DNA from: Hyalangium minutum | GTDB lineage: Bacteria > Myxococcota > Myxococcia > Myxococcales > Myxococcaceae | NCBI RefSeq assembly: GCF_000737315.1 | Contig: NZ_JMCB01000002.1 | Span: 558,001 to 622,000, forward strand | DNA: 64,000 bases | Direction of reading: 5' to 3' | In this document: in pieces, positions 44,559 through 57,787 of the stretch | Layout: every line of letters begins with the position of its first letter | Position numbering within the stretch: the stretch's first letter is position 1 | Made by a program: the position numbers and the translations under genes | The notes under the pieces: model-generated | Told to the model about the DNA's origin: nothing | Database searches by the model: none | The model's input: only the letters and a program-made list of their open reading frames with translations

Positions 44559-45865
44559 TGTCCAACTCCCCAGGTTCCATTCCGGATCTGCTCGAGGGCC
44601 TGCAATCCGAACTGGCGCTGGGTTCCATAGGATTGCGTGCTCAGCCACTGCCGCACCGTCAGGCTCCTTGAGCCAGTGATTTCCTGCTGGATTGACGAGT
44701 AGAACCCACTGACACGGGTGTGTAGGCCTTGTTCCAGCGGGATGACGTTTTCGGTGTTGTGCAGGGCATGAGGACCGAACCGGTCCACGTTACCTGGTGT
44801 TTGCTCGACGATGTGGTGCCACTGCTTGCCTTTTCCTGCAGAGCCCAAGGCACTCCTGAGGCCGCTGTACGAGCCCCACGATCGGAAAGCAGAAGGATGC
44901 TCCCCGGCTGCAGCTACGCTACCGCCCATACTCTGGGCCGTCATGGCGACGGCTGTTGCAGGCAGGGAGATGACGATGGTGCTTCCGACAACGGCCACCG
45001 AAGTCACCTGTCCCACGTTCGCGAGGTTGAGCCCCAGCCGCGCGGCCCCAGCCGCCGCTTCCGAGCAGCTGGGCAGCATCGGAAGGCGGGAGGCCAGCAA
45101 GACGGCGCCCCCAGTCATTCCCTGGCTCACCACCAGCGTCACTGCGAGCACGAGGACACGTGCGACCTTGGGGCCGATCCTCTTCGCAAAGCGCTGGCTT
45201 GCGTGCTCCAACTCCTTCCATGTCGTGGCTCGGTCGGTGGTCCACTTCAACTCATGGCTCGCGTCGACCACCTCCAGAAAGGTCTCCGCGCCCAGGTAGA
45301 CCAACAGCAGCACGGAGATGAGAGCCGCCGCCTTGGTGAAGACGGGCTCGGGGTTGGCTGCCAAGACGGCCCAGGTGATGAGCCCCGTCGCAATGACGGT
45401 GTAGAAGAGCTGAGGCGCCAGGGTGTCTTGCACCGCTTGGGAGATGCTCTCCTTCAGGGGATCCAGTGACAGGCCCAGAGCAACCCCCAGTTTGTCCCAC
45501 TCGCTCAGGCCCATCATGTCATCGAGCAAAGAGAGGCAATGTTCGCTGCGCTGGCCGGGCTCACAAAGACCGCCGAAGCTCTTGCTCATGAGGCGCTGCC
45601 AACGAGTGTCTTCTCTGGGGCCTGGGTGGGAGGCGCGCACCAGCCAGCCTTGCTGTGCAGGACGGAGCTTCAGCGGCGCGTTCAGTACCAACTGTGTCAG
45701 CGACTCCTCGAACGCTTCTGTGTCCACCTTCACGGACTGCTGCGAGGAGGACGGTCTGTACTCCCAGCGCGGACCCTGGCCCGTGTCGAGGCGAACCAGA
45801 GGTGGGGTGGCGCACGCGGAGAGCAGAGCCAGGAGAAGGACTGCAGCAGTCAGCCGAGATGCCAT
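44555..45865 (-). CDS. sitA5: SitA5-type polymorphic lipoprotein toxin with a C-terminal His-rich nuclease-like domain
   Basis: LLSAC lipobox, VRLDTGQG N-terminal motif, hydrophobic middle region, C-terminal WHHIVEQ...HNTEN...LH. Confidence 0.7.
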   Translation of the reverse strand: MASRLTAAVLLLALLSACATPPLVRLDTGQGPRWEYRPSSSQQSVKVDTEAFEESLTQLVLNAPLKLRPAQQGWLVRASHPGPREDTRWQRLMSKSFGGLCEPGQRSEHCLSLLDDMMGLSEWDKLGVALGLSLDPLKESISQAVQDTLAPQLFYTVIATGLITWAVLAANPEPVFTKAAALISVLLLVYLGAETFLEVVDASHELKWTTDRATTWKELEHASQRFAKRIGPKVARVLVLAVTLVVSQGMTGGAVLLASRLPMLPSCSEAAAGAARLGLNLANVGQVTSVAVVGSTIVISLPATAVAMTAQSMGGSVAAAGEHPSAFRSWGSYSGLRSALGSAGKGKQWHHIVEQTPGNVDRFGPHALHNTENVIPLEQGLHTRVSGFYSSIQQEITGSRSLTVRQWLSTQSYGTQRQFGLQALEQIRNGTWGVGQ

Positions 45866-45920
45866 GAGGGCCTCCCACCTCCGGGGGCTCCAGCCTACGA
45901 GATCATCCGAGGCAAACCTC

Positions 45921-46291
45921 GACTATTTCCACTGTGGCTTGACGGTGTCCCCCGATGGAGAGTGGCTGGTGGACGACGGGTGGTTTTGGGCACCCGTGGA
46001 GATGTTGCGGAGCTTCAACCTGCGCCTTCGGTGAAGGAACTGCGTAGCTGCAGCTACCTCTGGGACGCACCGCGGTGTTTCGAGGGAGAGCGCACGTTGG
46101 TGGCCTGGGGATTCGGCACGGACGACCTCCACATGGTGGACGCCGCGATGCTCTTCGACGTGGAGAGCGGGAAGTTGCTTCGCTGGTTCGCGGGACCACC
46201 CCGAGGGGAGTTCAGGCTCGTGCGGGACTACCTGCTGACGAGCGCGAAGGGCCACGGCACGTCCATTTGGGACATTGAGACGGAGTTGTAG
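45921..46291 (+). pseudogene. Frameshifted gene fragment with no start (beta-propeller-like hypothetical)
   Basis: DYFHCGLTVSPDGEWLVDDGWFWAPV in one frame (stop 46034) continues as SVKELRSCSYLWDAPRCF...GTSIWDIE in another frame (stop 46291). Confidence 0.5.
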
Positions 46292-46329
46292 TGCATGGTG
46301 TCTTCGCTCCAGGCGCGAAACCTCGCTCA

Positions 46330-46995
46330 TTAGAACCGGCCGCCGAGGCCCAGCGCGCCGCCCCTGGCGGAGACGGACAGCAGGGGCTGGACACTGGCCA
46401 CCGAAGTGGGCTGCTCCGGGGACTCCGAGGAGAAGGACAACTCGTAGCCGACCACGGAGCCGACCAGCGCGAAGAGGGGAATGACGAAGGGCTGGATGTC
46501 GTCGTTGTAGACCAGGTACGTGGTTCCCAGCCCCAGGACCGCCGCCACGCCCATGCCCAGGTACGCTCCGATCAGCGTGCCGCGCCCGCCCATGAGCTTC
46601 CCGCCCCACCAGACTCCTAGAGGCGCCGCGAGGGACATCCCCGCGAGGAAGCCGTACCCCGCGTAATCCAGGCAGGGGAACCACCCACCTGTGCTGAGCC
46701 CGAACTTGCCGCAGACCGCAACTCCGGCCACCGCGCCCGGGGCGCCCGCCACGAGGCTTGTGACCAACTCGACTCCAATCTCCGCGGACACTCGCGCAAT
46801 GGGGTGAATGAACTGCACCGGCTCGGCTTGGCGATCCGCCTCCACCAGATGCAGGGTCTTACGTGCAGATGTGCCCGGCAGAGGCGGAGGACTCAGGGAA
46901 GGCCCCTCTGCGGCAAGGCCCACCCCAGGAATCAGGACCCACAGGGATATCAGGACCGACAGCTTCCAGGTGCAGTGTGTCATCGCGTTCGTCAT
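46330..46995 (-). CDS. Hypothetical secreted/membrane protein
   Basis: Signal peptide, Gly/Ala-rich hydrophobic helices, C-terminal GGALGLGGRF. Confidence 0.65.
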   Translation of the reverse strand: MTNAMTHCTWKLSVLISLWVLIPGVGLAAEGPSLSPPPLPGTSARKTLHLVEADRQAEPVQFIHPIARVSAEIGVELVTSLVAGAPGAVAGVAVCGKFGLSTGGWFPCLDYAGYGFLAGMSLAAPLGVWWGGKLMGGRGTLIGAYLGMGVAAVLGLGTTYLVYNDDIQPFVIPLFALVGSVVGYELSFSSESPEQPTSVASVQPLLSVSARGGALGLGGRF

Positions 46996-47211
46996 GGCCC
47001 GGCCAAGTGCAAGGCACGGACCTGGAGCCCTCCAGAGCGGAGAGTGCTCGGTCCCCCGCAGGGGTGTGCAGCGGGTGTGCAAGCCCTGGCACAGCCCTCG
47101 CTGCTTACGCTCACATCCGCGACGTCAATCTCTCGCGAGTTGGAGTCTTCCCAGCCCGCGCATGGCCCTAGGCATTGCGTACTGGCGGGCCAGGAGCGTC
47201 TCACAACGGGC

Positions 47212-50527
<3,316 letters not shown>

Positions 50528-50732
50528 GCGGCCGTCACTAGCACACGCCCGGCGAGAGCGCTCGGCTGTCGGGCACGAGTCGCGCCCGGCGGGCATCCAG
50601 GCGTTTCTGAACCCGGCCTGGAAGATTGACCCCTTGGCTTGGAAGGGGCACGCTCGCCCGAGGCTGTGGGTGGAGGTCGGCGCCCGGTGCTGGGCCGGGC
50701 TGACGCCTCGCGAGAAGGTCTCCAGGAGCGCC

Positions 50733-52934
50733 ATGTTGGAAGGTTCCGTGAACGATCCGGCGAACGCCGCGCTGACGCCCTTGAACGTCATGCGCTACGT
50801 GCGCGCGTTCTGGCGCCGCAAGTGGATCGTCCTCGGGGTCGCTGTGCTCATTACCGGCCTGACCGCGCTCCACACCACCCGCAAGCCCAAGGTGTACGCC
50901 GCCAGCACCTCGCTCATCATCGACGTCACCGCCCCGCGCGTGCTCGACACCGACGTGAAGGAGTTGATGGGCGACGAGCGCAGCAACTACTGGTTCAACA
51001 AGGAGTACTACGCCACCCAGAACCAGGTGATTACCTCGCGCGCCGTGGCCACCCGCGTGGCGGAGAAGCTCGGGCTCCAGCATGACGCCGCCTTCCTGGG
51101 CCTGGCTCATCTCCAGGACGAGAAGGCCCGGCTCCAGGCCATGCAGCTCGCGGACGCCGCGGGCATGCTCCAGGCGCGCATCAGCGTGATTCCGGTGAAG
51201 GACTCGCGCGTGGTGAACATCGCCGTGGAGGACCTGGATCCGCAGCGCGCGGCGCTCCTGGCCAACGAGGTGGCTCAGGCCTACATGGCGGAGAACCTCG
51301 CGCTGCGCCTGCGCACCACGGAGACGGCCACCCAGTGGCTCGAGGAGCGCAAGGTGGAGCTGGAGCGCGCCTCGCAGGCCAGCGAGCTGGCCCTGTACGA
51401 CTTCAAGAAGGACGCGGACATGCTCTCTGTGTCCCCGGAGAACAAGAAGAGCAGCGTCACCGAGCGCATCAACAGCTATGAGGCCACGCTCACCCAGGTG
51501 CGCACGAAGATCGCCGCGCTCCAGGGCCGCGTGGAGGCCATCCGCCAGCTGCAGAAGAGCTCCCAGCCCGGCGACGAGACGTGGGCCGAGGCGGTGCCCG
51601 GCGCGAGCGACTCGGCGATTCAGGAGCTCAAGCGCCGCTACGTGGAGCAGCGCGCCGTGTGCGTCGAGCTGAGCGAGCGCTACCTGGCCGAGCACCCGAA
51701 GATGCTCGAGTGCAACACCAAGCTGGCGGTGGTGCGCGAGGACTTCGTGCGCAGCCTCGCCAACGTGGTGCGCAAGGCGGAGACGGAGCTGGCGCAGGCT
51801 GTGGCCGAGGAGAAGAACCTCATGCGCCTGCTGGCCGCCGCCCAGGACGAGTCTTTCCAGTTCGGCAAGCGGCAGATCGAGTTCGACCGGATGAACCGCG
51901 AGGCGGAGAACAACCGCCGCCTCTACGAGTCGGTGCTGCGGCGGCTCAAGGACATCGAGCTGTCGGGCCTGCTGCGCACCACGAACGTGCGCGTGCTGGA
52001 CGCGGCCCGGCCGAGCTACGGCCCCATCAAGCCGGACGTGCAGCGCTCGGTGATGCTGGCGATGCTGGTGGGCCTGCTGGCCGGGTGCGCGGTGGTGGTG
52101 CTGCTGGAGATTCTGGAGAACACGGTCGCCACCCAGGCGGACGTGGAGGAGCGTTTGGGGCTGGCTTTCCTGGGCTTCGTGCCGCGCGTGGAGGGCAAGG
52201 GCGAGAGCCCGAAGGACCGCGATCTGTTCGTCCACCGTCAGCCGAAGTCCTCGGTGGCCGAGTGCTGCCGCGCCATCCGGACCAACCTGCTGTTCATGTC
52301 TCCGGACAAGCCCTTCAAGACGCTGGTGGTGACGAGCAGCGGGCCGCAGGAGGGCAAGTCCACCTCGTGCATCTTCTTGGGCGTGGCCATGGCCCAGAGT
52401 GGCAACCGCGTGCTGCTGCTCGACACGGACATGCGCCGGCCCCGGCTGCACAAGGCCTTCGGCGTGCCGAACGACGTGGGCATCAGCTCGCTCGTGGTGG
52501 GCGAGGGCTCGCTGGACAAGGCCGTGAAGAGCACCGAGGTCCCCAACCTCTTCGTGCTCCCGTGCGGCCCCATTCCTCCCAACCCGGCCGAGCTGCTCCA
52601 CACCCAGGCCTTCGCGGACCTGCTCAAGGCTGCGGGCGAGAAGTTCGATCGCATCATCCTCGACAGCCCGCCGCTCAATGCGGTGTCGGACTCGGCGGTG
52701 CTGGCCACCCAGGCGGATGGCGTGGTGCTCGTGCTGCGCGCCGGGAAGACGAACCGCGATGCGGCGGCCCGGGCCCTGCGCTCGCTGGCGGATGTGCAGG
52801 CGCAGATGTACGGCGCGGTCCTCAATGACCTGGATGTGACGGACTCGCGGTATCGGGACACCTATATGAGCTACCGCGGCTACTACGGCCACTACGCCGC
52901 CGAGGAGTCGAAGGACGGAGCGGCGTCGTCGTGA
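50733..52934 (+). CDS. wzc: Wzc polysaccharide co-polymerase with a fused BY-kinase (WzcB-like)
   Basis: Two TM helices flanking a coiled-coil; Walker A GPQEGKST, A' DTDMRRP, B IILDSPP; C-terminal Tyr cluster YRDTYMSYRGYYGHY. Confidence 0.92.
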   Translation: MLEGSVNDPANAALTPLNVMRYVRAFWRRKWIVLGVAVLITGLTALHTTRKPKVYAASTSLIIDVTAPRVLDTDVKELMGDERSNYWFNKEYYATQNQVITSRAVATRVAEKLGLQHDAAFLGLAHLQDEKARLQAMQLADAAGMLQARISVIPVKDSRVVNIAVEDLDPQRAALLANEVAQAYMAENLALRLRTTETATQWLEERKVELERASQASELALYDFKKDADMLSVSPENKKSSVTERINSYEATLTQVRTKIAALQGRVEAIRQLQKSSQPGDETWAEAVPGASDSAIQELKRRYVEQRAVCVELSERYLAEHPKMLECNTKLAVVREDFVRSLANVVRKAETELAQAVAEEKNLMRLLAAAQDESFQFGKRQIEFDRMNREAENNRRLYESVLRRLKDIELSGLLRTTNVRVLDAARPSYGPIKPDVQRSVMLAMLVGLLAGCAVVVLLEILENTVATQADVEERLGLAFLGFVPRVEGKGESPKDRDLFVHRQPKSSVAECCRAIRTNLLFMSPDKPFKTLVVTSSGPQEGKSTSCIFLGVAMAQSGNRVLLLDTDMRRPRLHKAFGVPNDVGISSLVVGEGSLDKAVKSTEVPNLFVLPCGPIPPNPAELLHTQAFADLLKAAGEKFDRIILDSPPLNAVSDSAVLATQADGVVLVLRAGKTNRDAAARALRSLADVQAQMYGAVLNDLDVTDSRYRDTYMSYRGYYGHYAAEESKDGAASS

Positions 52935-54163
52935 TCCGGGCCAGCGCCGGGCTGCGCGTGCTGCACCTGGGCAAGTTCTACCCGCCGGCCTCGGGGGGCA
53001 TGGAGGTCCATGTCCAGACGCTCGCCCGCGCGCAGGCCGCCCTCGGCGCCCGCGTGGAGGTGCTCTGCATCAACCACGCGCAGGGAGGCGATGGCGTCAG
53101 CCACGAGTTCCACGGCCGCAGCCCCACCCGCGAGGAGTGGGATGGGCCGGTGCGCGTGACGCGCGTGGGGCGGTGGGCCTCGGTGCTGCGCATGGATGTG
53201 ATGCCCGAGCTGCCTCGCGCGCTGTTGCAGGCGCTGATGCGGGGCGTGGACATCGTCCATCTGCACACGCCCAACCCGACCATGGTCCTGGCGCTGGATG
53301 CACTGCCGTGGCTGCCGCCGCTCGTCATCACCCACCACAGCGACATCATCCGACAGAAGGTGGCCGGGGCCCTGTTCCGCCCATTCGAGCTGGTGCTCTA
53401 CACGCGGGCGCGGCGGCTCATTGCCACCAGCTCGGCGTATGTGCCGGGCTCGCCGCTGCTGAAGCGCTTCCGGAACAAGGTGCGCGAGCTGCCGCTGGGC
53501 CTCGAGCTGGATCCGTTCCTGACGCCCTCGCCCGCGGCGCTGGCAGCCGAGGCCCGCTGGCGCGAGCAAGCGGGGACTCCGCTGTGGCTGATGGTGGGGC
53601 GGCTCGTCTACTACAAGGGCTTGTTCACGGCGCTCGAGGCGCTGACGCGGGTGTCCGGCCAGTTGATGGTGGTGGGCGTCGGCCCTCTGGAGCAGGAAGG
53701 CAAGGCGCGGGCGCGGGCGCTCGGCGTCGAGGGCCGGGTGACGTGGGCGGGCTACCTGCCCCCGGACGAGCTCGTGGGGGCCTACCGTGCCGCCACGGCT
53801 CTCTGGTTCCCGAGCAATGCGCGCAGCGAGGCGTATGGGCTCTCGCAGATCGAAGCCATGGCCAGTGGCGTGCCGGTCATCAACACAGCGATTCCGCACT
53901 CGGGCGTGCCGTGGGTGAGCCTGAGCGGGCAGACGGGCCTTACGGTTCCCGTGGGCGATGCCGAGGCGCTGGCTCGGGCCGCTCGGCGGCTGCTGGAGGA
54001 GCCGGGGCTCGCGGAGCGGCTCGGGCAAGGCGCGAGGGCTCGGGCCGTGGAGCAGTTCCGCCATGACGTGATGGCCGAGCGCAGCCTGGCCCTGTATGCC
54101 GAGGCGCTGAGCGTCCCCTGGGAGGAGCGTCCCCGGGGCACGCCCGCGGAGGGAAGATCATGA
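52931..54163 (+). CDS. GT4 glycosyltransferase
   Basis: HLGKFYPP, GRLVYYKG, EAYGLSQIEAMASG. Confidence 0.9.
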   Translation: MIRASAGLRVLHLGKFYPPASGGMEVHVQTLARAQAALGARVEVLCINHAQGGDGVSHEFHGRSPTREEWDGPVRVTRVGRWASVLRMDVMPELPRALLQALMRGVDIVHLHTPNPTMVLALDALPWLPPLVITHHSDIIRQKVAGALFRPFELVLYTRARRLIATSSAYVPGSPLLKRFRNKVRELPLGLELDPFLTPSPAALAAEARWREQAGTPLWLMVGRLVYYKGLFTALEALTRVSGQLMVVGVGPLEQEGKARARALGVEGRVTWAGYLPPDELVGAYRAATALWFPSNARSEAYGLSQIEAMASGVPVINTAIPHSGVPWVSLSGQTGLTVPVGDAEALARAARRLLEEPGLAERLGQGARARAVEQFRHDVMAERSLALYAEALSVPWEERPRGTPAEGRS

Positions 54164-55116
54164 GCACGCACATCTCTGGACAGCAGACGGGAGCCGCGCC
54201 GCTGTGGATGAAGGCCGCCGCGCGCGTCGTCCGGCGCCTGCCGTTCGCCCGCTACCGGGTGATGAATGCCCTGTCCACGCTCTCGCCGGTGCGGGGGCCC
54301 TTCGTGGCTCGGATTCCCACCTCTCGCCAGGGGCTGCGGTTCGAGTGCGATCTGCGCAATGGCTTGGCGCGCGAGGTCTTCTTCACGGGCCAGTATGAGC
54401 CGCAGGAGACGTGCCTCGTGCGGGCGCTGCTGCGGCCGGGGGACACCTTCGTCGACGTGGGCGCTCACTGGGGCTACTTCACCTTTCTGGCCGCCGAGGC
54501 CGTGACGCCCTCCGGGCGCGTGGTGGCCATCGAGGCGGATCCGCGCATCCACCGGACCCTCATGGCCAACCTGTCGCTCAACCGGCTGCCCCAGGTCTCC
54601 GCGCTGCACGTGGCCGCCGCGGCGGAGGAGGGCACGGTGAAGCTGGAGGGGTATGACGAGTCCGGCGACAACTGGGGCATCTCGCGCGTGCGCGACGCGT
54701 CCCAGGCCTCTGCTCGGGCCTTCAGCGTGCCGGCCCGCCCGGTCGATGCCGTGCTGGACGAGCTGGGCGTGGGCCGGGTGAGCCTCGTGAAGATGGACAT
54801 CGAGGGCGCCGAGGTGTTCGCCCTGGCGGGCATGCGCCAAGGGCTCCAGGCGCACCGTTATGAGCGGCTCCTGCTGGAACTGCACCCGTCCCAGTTGCGC
54901 GAGCATGGGACCGATGCCGCCGCGCTGGCCCGTCTCCTGACGGAGGCCGGTTACCAGGGGTGGGCGGTGGACCACTCCGCCGAGGCCACCCGTCGCTGGG
55001 CCTACGCGCGGCACATCGAGCCGCGCATGCTGCTGCGTCCGCTGAGCCCGGGCGAGCCGCTGGACGACTGGCCTCACATTCTCTGGATCGCTCCGGGGGT
55101 TCCCTCTCCCGTCTAG
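54160..55116 (+). CDS. FkbM family methyltransferase
   Basis: YEP, FVDVGAHWG, VKMDIEGAE. Confidence 0.9.
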   Translation: MSTHISGQQTGAAPLWMKAAARVVRRLPFARYRVMNALSTLSPVRGPFVARIPTSRQGLRFECDLRNGLAREVFFTGQYEPQETCLVRALLRPGDTFVDVGAHWGYFTFLAAEAVTPSGRVVAIEADPRIHRTLMANLSLNRLPQVSALHVAAAAEEGTVKLEGYDESGDNWGISRVRDASQASARAFSVPARPVDAVLDELGVGRVSLVKMDIEGAEVFALAGMRQGLQAHRYERLLLELHPSQLREHGTDAAALARLLTEAGYQGWAVDHSAEATRRWAYARHIEPRMLLRPLSPGEPLDDWPHILWIAPGVPSPV

Positions 55117-55121
55117 CGCTT

Positions 55122-56240
55122 ATGCGGATCCTCCACGTCTACAGCGGCAACCTCTATGGAGGCATCGAGACGTTCCTGCGGACGCTCGCCCGCGTTCAGG
55201 GCCGTGCCTCGGAGCTGGTGCACGAGTTCGCCCTCTGCTTCGAGGGGCGGCTGAGCCGGGAGCTACGGGAGGCGGGGGCTGTCGTGCACCTGCTCGGGGA
55301 GGTGAGGGTGCGCCGCCCGTGGACGGTGTGGCGTGCGCGCGCCGAGCTGTCGCGGCTGCTGGAGCGGGGCGAGTATGCGGCGGTGGTGTGCCACGCGGCC
55401 TGGCCGCAGGCGATCTTCGGCCCGGTGGTGCGGGAGAGCCGCGTGCCGCTCGTCTTCCATCAGCACGATGCGCTGAACGGCCGGCACTGGCTGGAGCGGT
55501 GGGCTCGCGTCACCCGGCCGGACCTGATCATCTCCAACAGCCGTTTCTCGGCGACCACGCTGGCGAGCGTCTATCCGGAGGTGCCCTACGAGGTGCGTTA
55601 CTACCCGGTGCTTCCCCTGCCGCCCGTGGAGCCAGGAGAGCGGGAGCGGGTGCGCGCCGAGCTGGGTGCGCGCGAGCAGGAGGCCGTCATCCTGCAGTCA
55701 TGCCGGATGGAGGCGTGGAAGGGGCACCGCCTGTTGCTGGACGCGCTGGGGCGGTTGAAGGGCCTGCCGGGCTGGGTGCTTTGGGTCGCTGGCGGCGCGC
55801 AGCGTCCTGCCGAGGCGGACTATCTGGCGGAGCTGGAGGCGCAGGCCACCCGGTTGGGCATTCGCGAGCGCGTGCGCTTCCTGGGCCAGCGCACGGATGT
55901 TCCCCGGCTGCTGCGCGCGGCGGATCTCCACTGCCAGCCCAACCTGGGGCCGGAGCCGTTTGGTTTGGCGTTCATCGAGGCGCTGCAGGCGGGCCTCCCG
56001 GTGGTCACCACCGCCATGGGCGCGCCGCTGGAGACGATCGACAGCACGTGTGGCGTGCTGGTTCCTCCGGAGCCGGAGGCCCTCGCCGAGGCGCTCCAGG
56101 GATTGATTCAGGACGGCGAGCGGCGGCGCCAGCTGGGCGCGGGCGGCCCCGCACGTGCCGAGGCGCTGTGTGCCCCGGAAGTCTTTCTGCGCGGGCTGGC
56201 CAGTGACCTGGGTTTCCTCGGGGCGTGGGCACGTCCATGA
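55122..56240 (+). CDS. GT4 glycosyltransferase
   Basis: GGIE, WKG, EPFGLAFIEAL. Confidence 0.9.
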   Translation: MRILHVYSGNLYGGIETFLRTLARVQGRASELVHEFALCFEGRLSRELREAGAVVHLLGEVRVRRPWTVWRARAELSRLLERGEYAAVVCHAAWPQAIFGPVVRESRVPLVFHQHDALNGRHWLERWARVTRPDLIISNSRFSATTLASVYPEVPYEVRYYPVLPLPPVEPGERERVRAELGAREQEAVILQSCRMEAWKGHRLLLDALGRLKGLPGWVLWVAGGAQRPAEADYLAELEAQATRLGIRERVRFLGQRTDVPRLLRAADLHCQPNLGPEPFGLAFIEALQAGLPVVTTAMGAPLETIDSTCGVLVPPEPEALAEALQGLIQDGERRRQLGAGGPARAEALCAPEVFLRGLASDLGFLGAWARP

Positions 56241-57787
56241 GAGGCCCTCGTAGCGGAGGCTCCTCCGCACCCGTGCGACCGCAGCTTCAAGGGCCGGGAG
56301 TCCTGCGGCGGCGCTACACCCGGAGCGTGCCTCCTCGGGTGGGGCCAGGAGCCGGGGAGAGCCGCGAGAGCCCTCCTTTGGCTCCAGAGCCAGGGCCCGC
56401 TGCTCGGGAGACGGTGGACGGCGAGGCGGCATCCTGGCGCAGGTGGGCTCCCAGCCATCTGGTGCCCGGCTTCATCGCTCTGCAAATTGTCTGTCAGCTC
56501 GCGCTGCTGCTGGAGAGTATCTCCGCGGTGCGAGTGGTGGTGCGGGTGCTCGCGTTCGGCCTCAGTCTGGCGCTGCTGGCGTTCGTCCCGGGGCAGCGGC
56601 TGCGGCACCCGGCGATGCCCGTATTGATCGCCTCGATGGCGATCACCGCGCTGAACATGTTTCACCCGCAGACGAGCAACGTGCTGGCGGGGACGGCGCA
56701 GTTGGGCATCCAGGTGGCGGTGCTCGCGCCACTCTTCTGGGTGACGCGGGTGCGCATCGACGCGGTGACCTTTCGGCGAGCGCTGGCGTTGCTGTTCCTC
56801 TTCAACGCCGCGAGCGCGGGCATGGGCGTGCTCCAAGTGTATTTCCCGGGGAGCTTCCAGCCGGCCCTGTCCACGGCCATCGGGAGCATGGGAGAGAGCT
56901 ACACCAGCAGCCTCCAGTTCGAGGCCGCCAGTGGCCAGCGCATCTTTCGGCCCTTCGGGCTCACGGACGTGCCCGGCGGCGCGGCCACGGGGGCCTTCTA
57001 CTCGGTGCTGCTCGGCACCGGGTTCTTGATCAGTGCCCGGCGGGGGCTCGTCAAGGTCCTGAGCCTCGGAGGAATCTTCGTGGGCGTCATCAGCTTGTAC
57101 CTCTGTCAGGTGCGAGCCATGGCGCTCATGTTGGGGGTGTGCCTGTTGGCCATCGGGGCGGTGCTCGCGCTCCGGGGCCGTCTGCTGCAGCTGGTGAAGC
57201 TGGTGGCCCTGGTGGGTGGGTTGGCCGTGGTGGGCTTGAGCTGGGCCGTCGCGGTGGGCGGGCAGTCCGCCCTGACGCGCTGGGGCAGCCTCTTCGAGCA
57301 GGATGCGGCGGACGTCTACTACAGCAACCGTGGCTACTTCCTGGAGGGTACGTTTACTCACTTCCTCCCGCAGTTCCCGCTGGGTGCAGGCCTGGGACGC
57401 TACGGCATGGCCAATGCCTACTTTGGCGGCGCCCGGGACCCCTCGCGTCCTCCGCTGTGGGTGGAGGTGCAGTGGACGGCGTGGGTGTTCGACGGAGGCG
57501 CGGCGGTGCTGGTGCTCTACCCGCTCGCGGTGCTCCTCACGGCGATCTGGGCGCTGCGGGTGGCGCTGCGCCGGAATGATTCCGAGGAGTTCTGGCTGTG
57601 GGGCACGCTCATCTTCGCGTATGACGTGGGCGCCATTGCCCTCACCTTCAGCTATCCCTTCTTCATGAGCCAGGCCGGCATGGAGTTCTGGCTGCTCAAC
57701 GCCGCGCTCTTCGGCGCCTTCTTCCATGCGACCCGGCAGGCGCCTCGCTCCGCACTGCATGAGACCGTACACCCTGATCGCCGGTGA
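56237..57787 (+). CDS. Wzy-like polymerase / O-antigen-ligase-superfamily membrane protein
   Basis: About 11 TM helices, large periplasmic loop with RIFRPFG, late PLGAGLG motif; inside a Wzc cluster. Confidence 0.7.
   Translation: MRGPRSGGSSAPVRPQLQGPGVLRRRYTRSVPPRVGPGAGESRESPPLAPEPGPAARETVDGEAASWRRWAPSHLVPGFIALQIVCQLALLLESISAVRVVVRVLAFGLSLALLAFVPGQRLRHPAMPVLIASMAITALNMFHPQTSNVLAGTAQLGIQVAVLAPLFWVTRVRIDAVTFRRALALLFLFNAASAGMGVLQVYFPGSFQPALSTAIGSMGESYTSSLQFEAASGQRIFRPFGLTDVPGGAATGAFYSVLLGTGFLISARRGLVKVLSLGGIFVGVISLYLCQVRAMALMLGVCLLAIGAVLALRGRLLQLVKLVALVGGLAVVGLSWAVAVGGQSALTRWGSLFEQDAADVYYSNRGYFLEGTFTHFLPQFPLGAGLGRYGMANAYFGGARDPSRPPLWVEVQWTAWVFDGGAAVLVLYPLAVLLTAIWALRVALRRNDSEEFWLWGTLIFAYDVGAIALTFSYPFFMSQAGMEFWLLNAALFGAFFHATRQAPRSALHETVHPDRR

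Noticed and set aside
50528-50733. JUMPstart/ops element upstream of wzc
   Set aside because: No GGCGGTAG ops motif was found.
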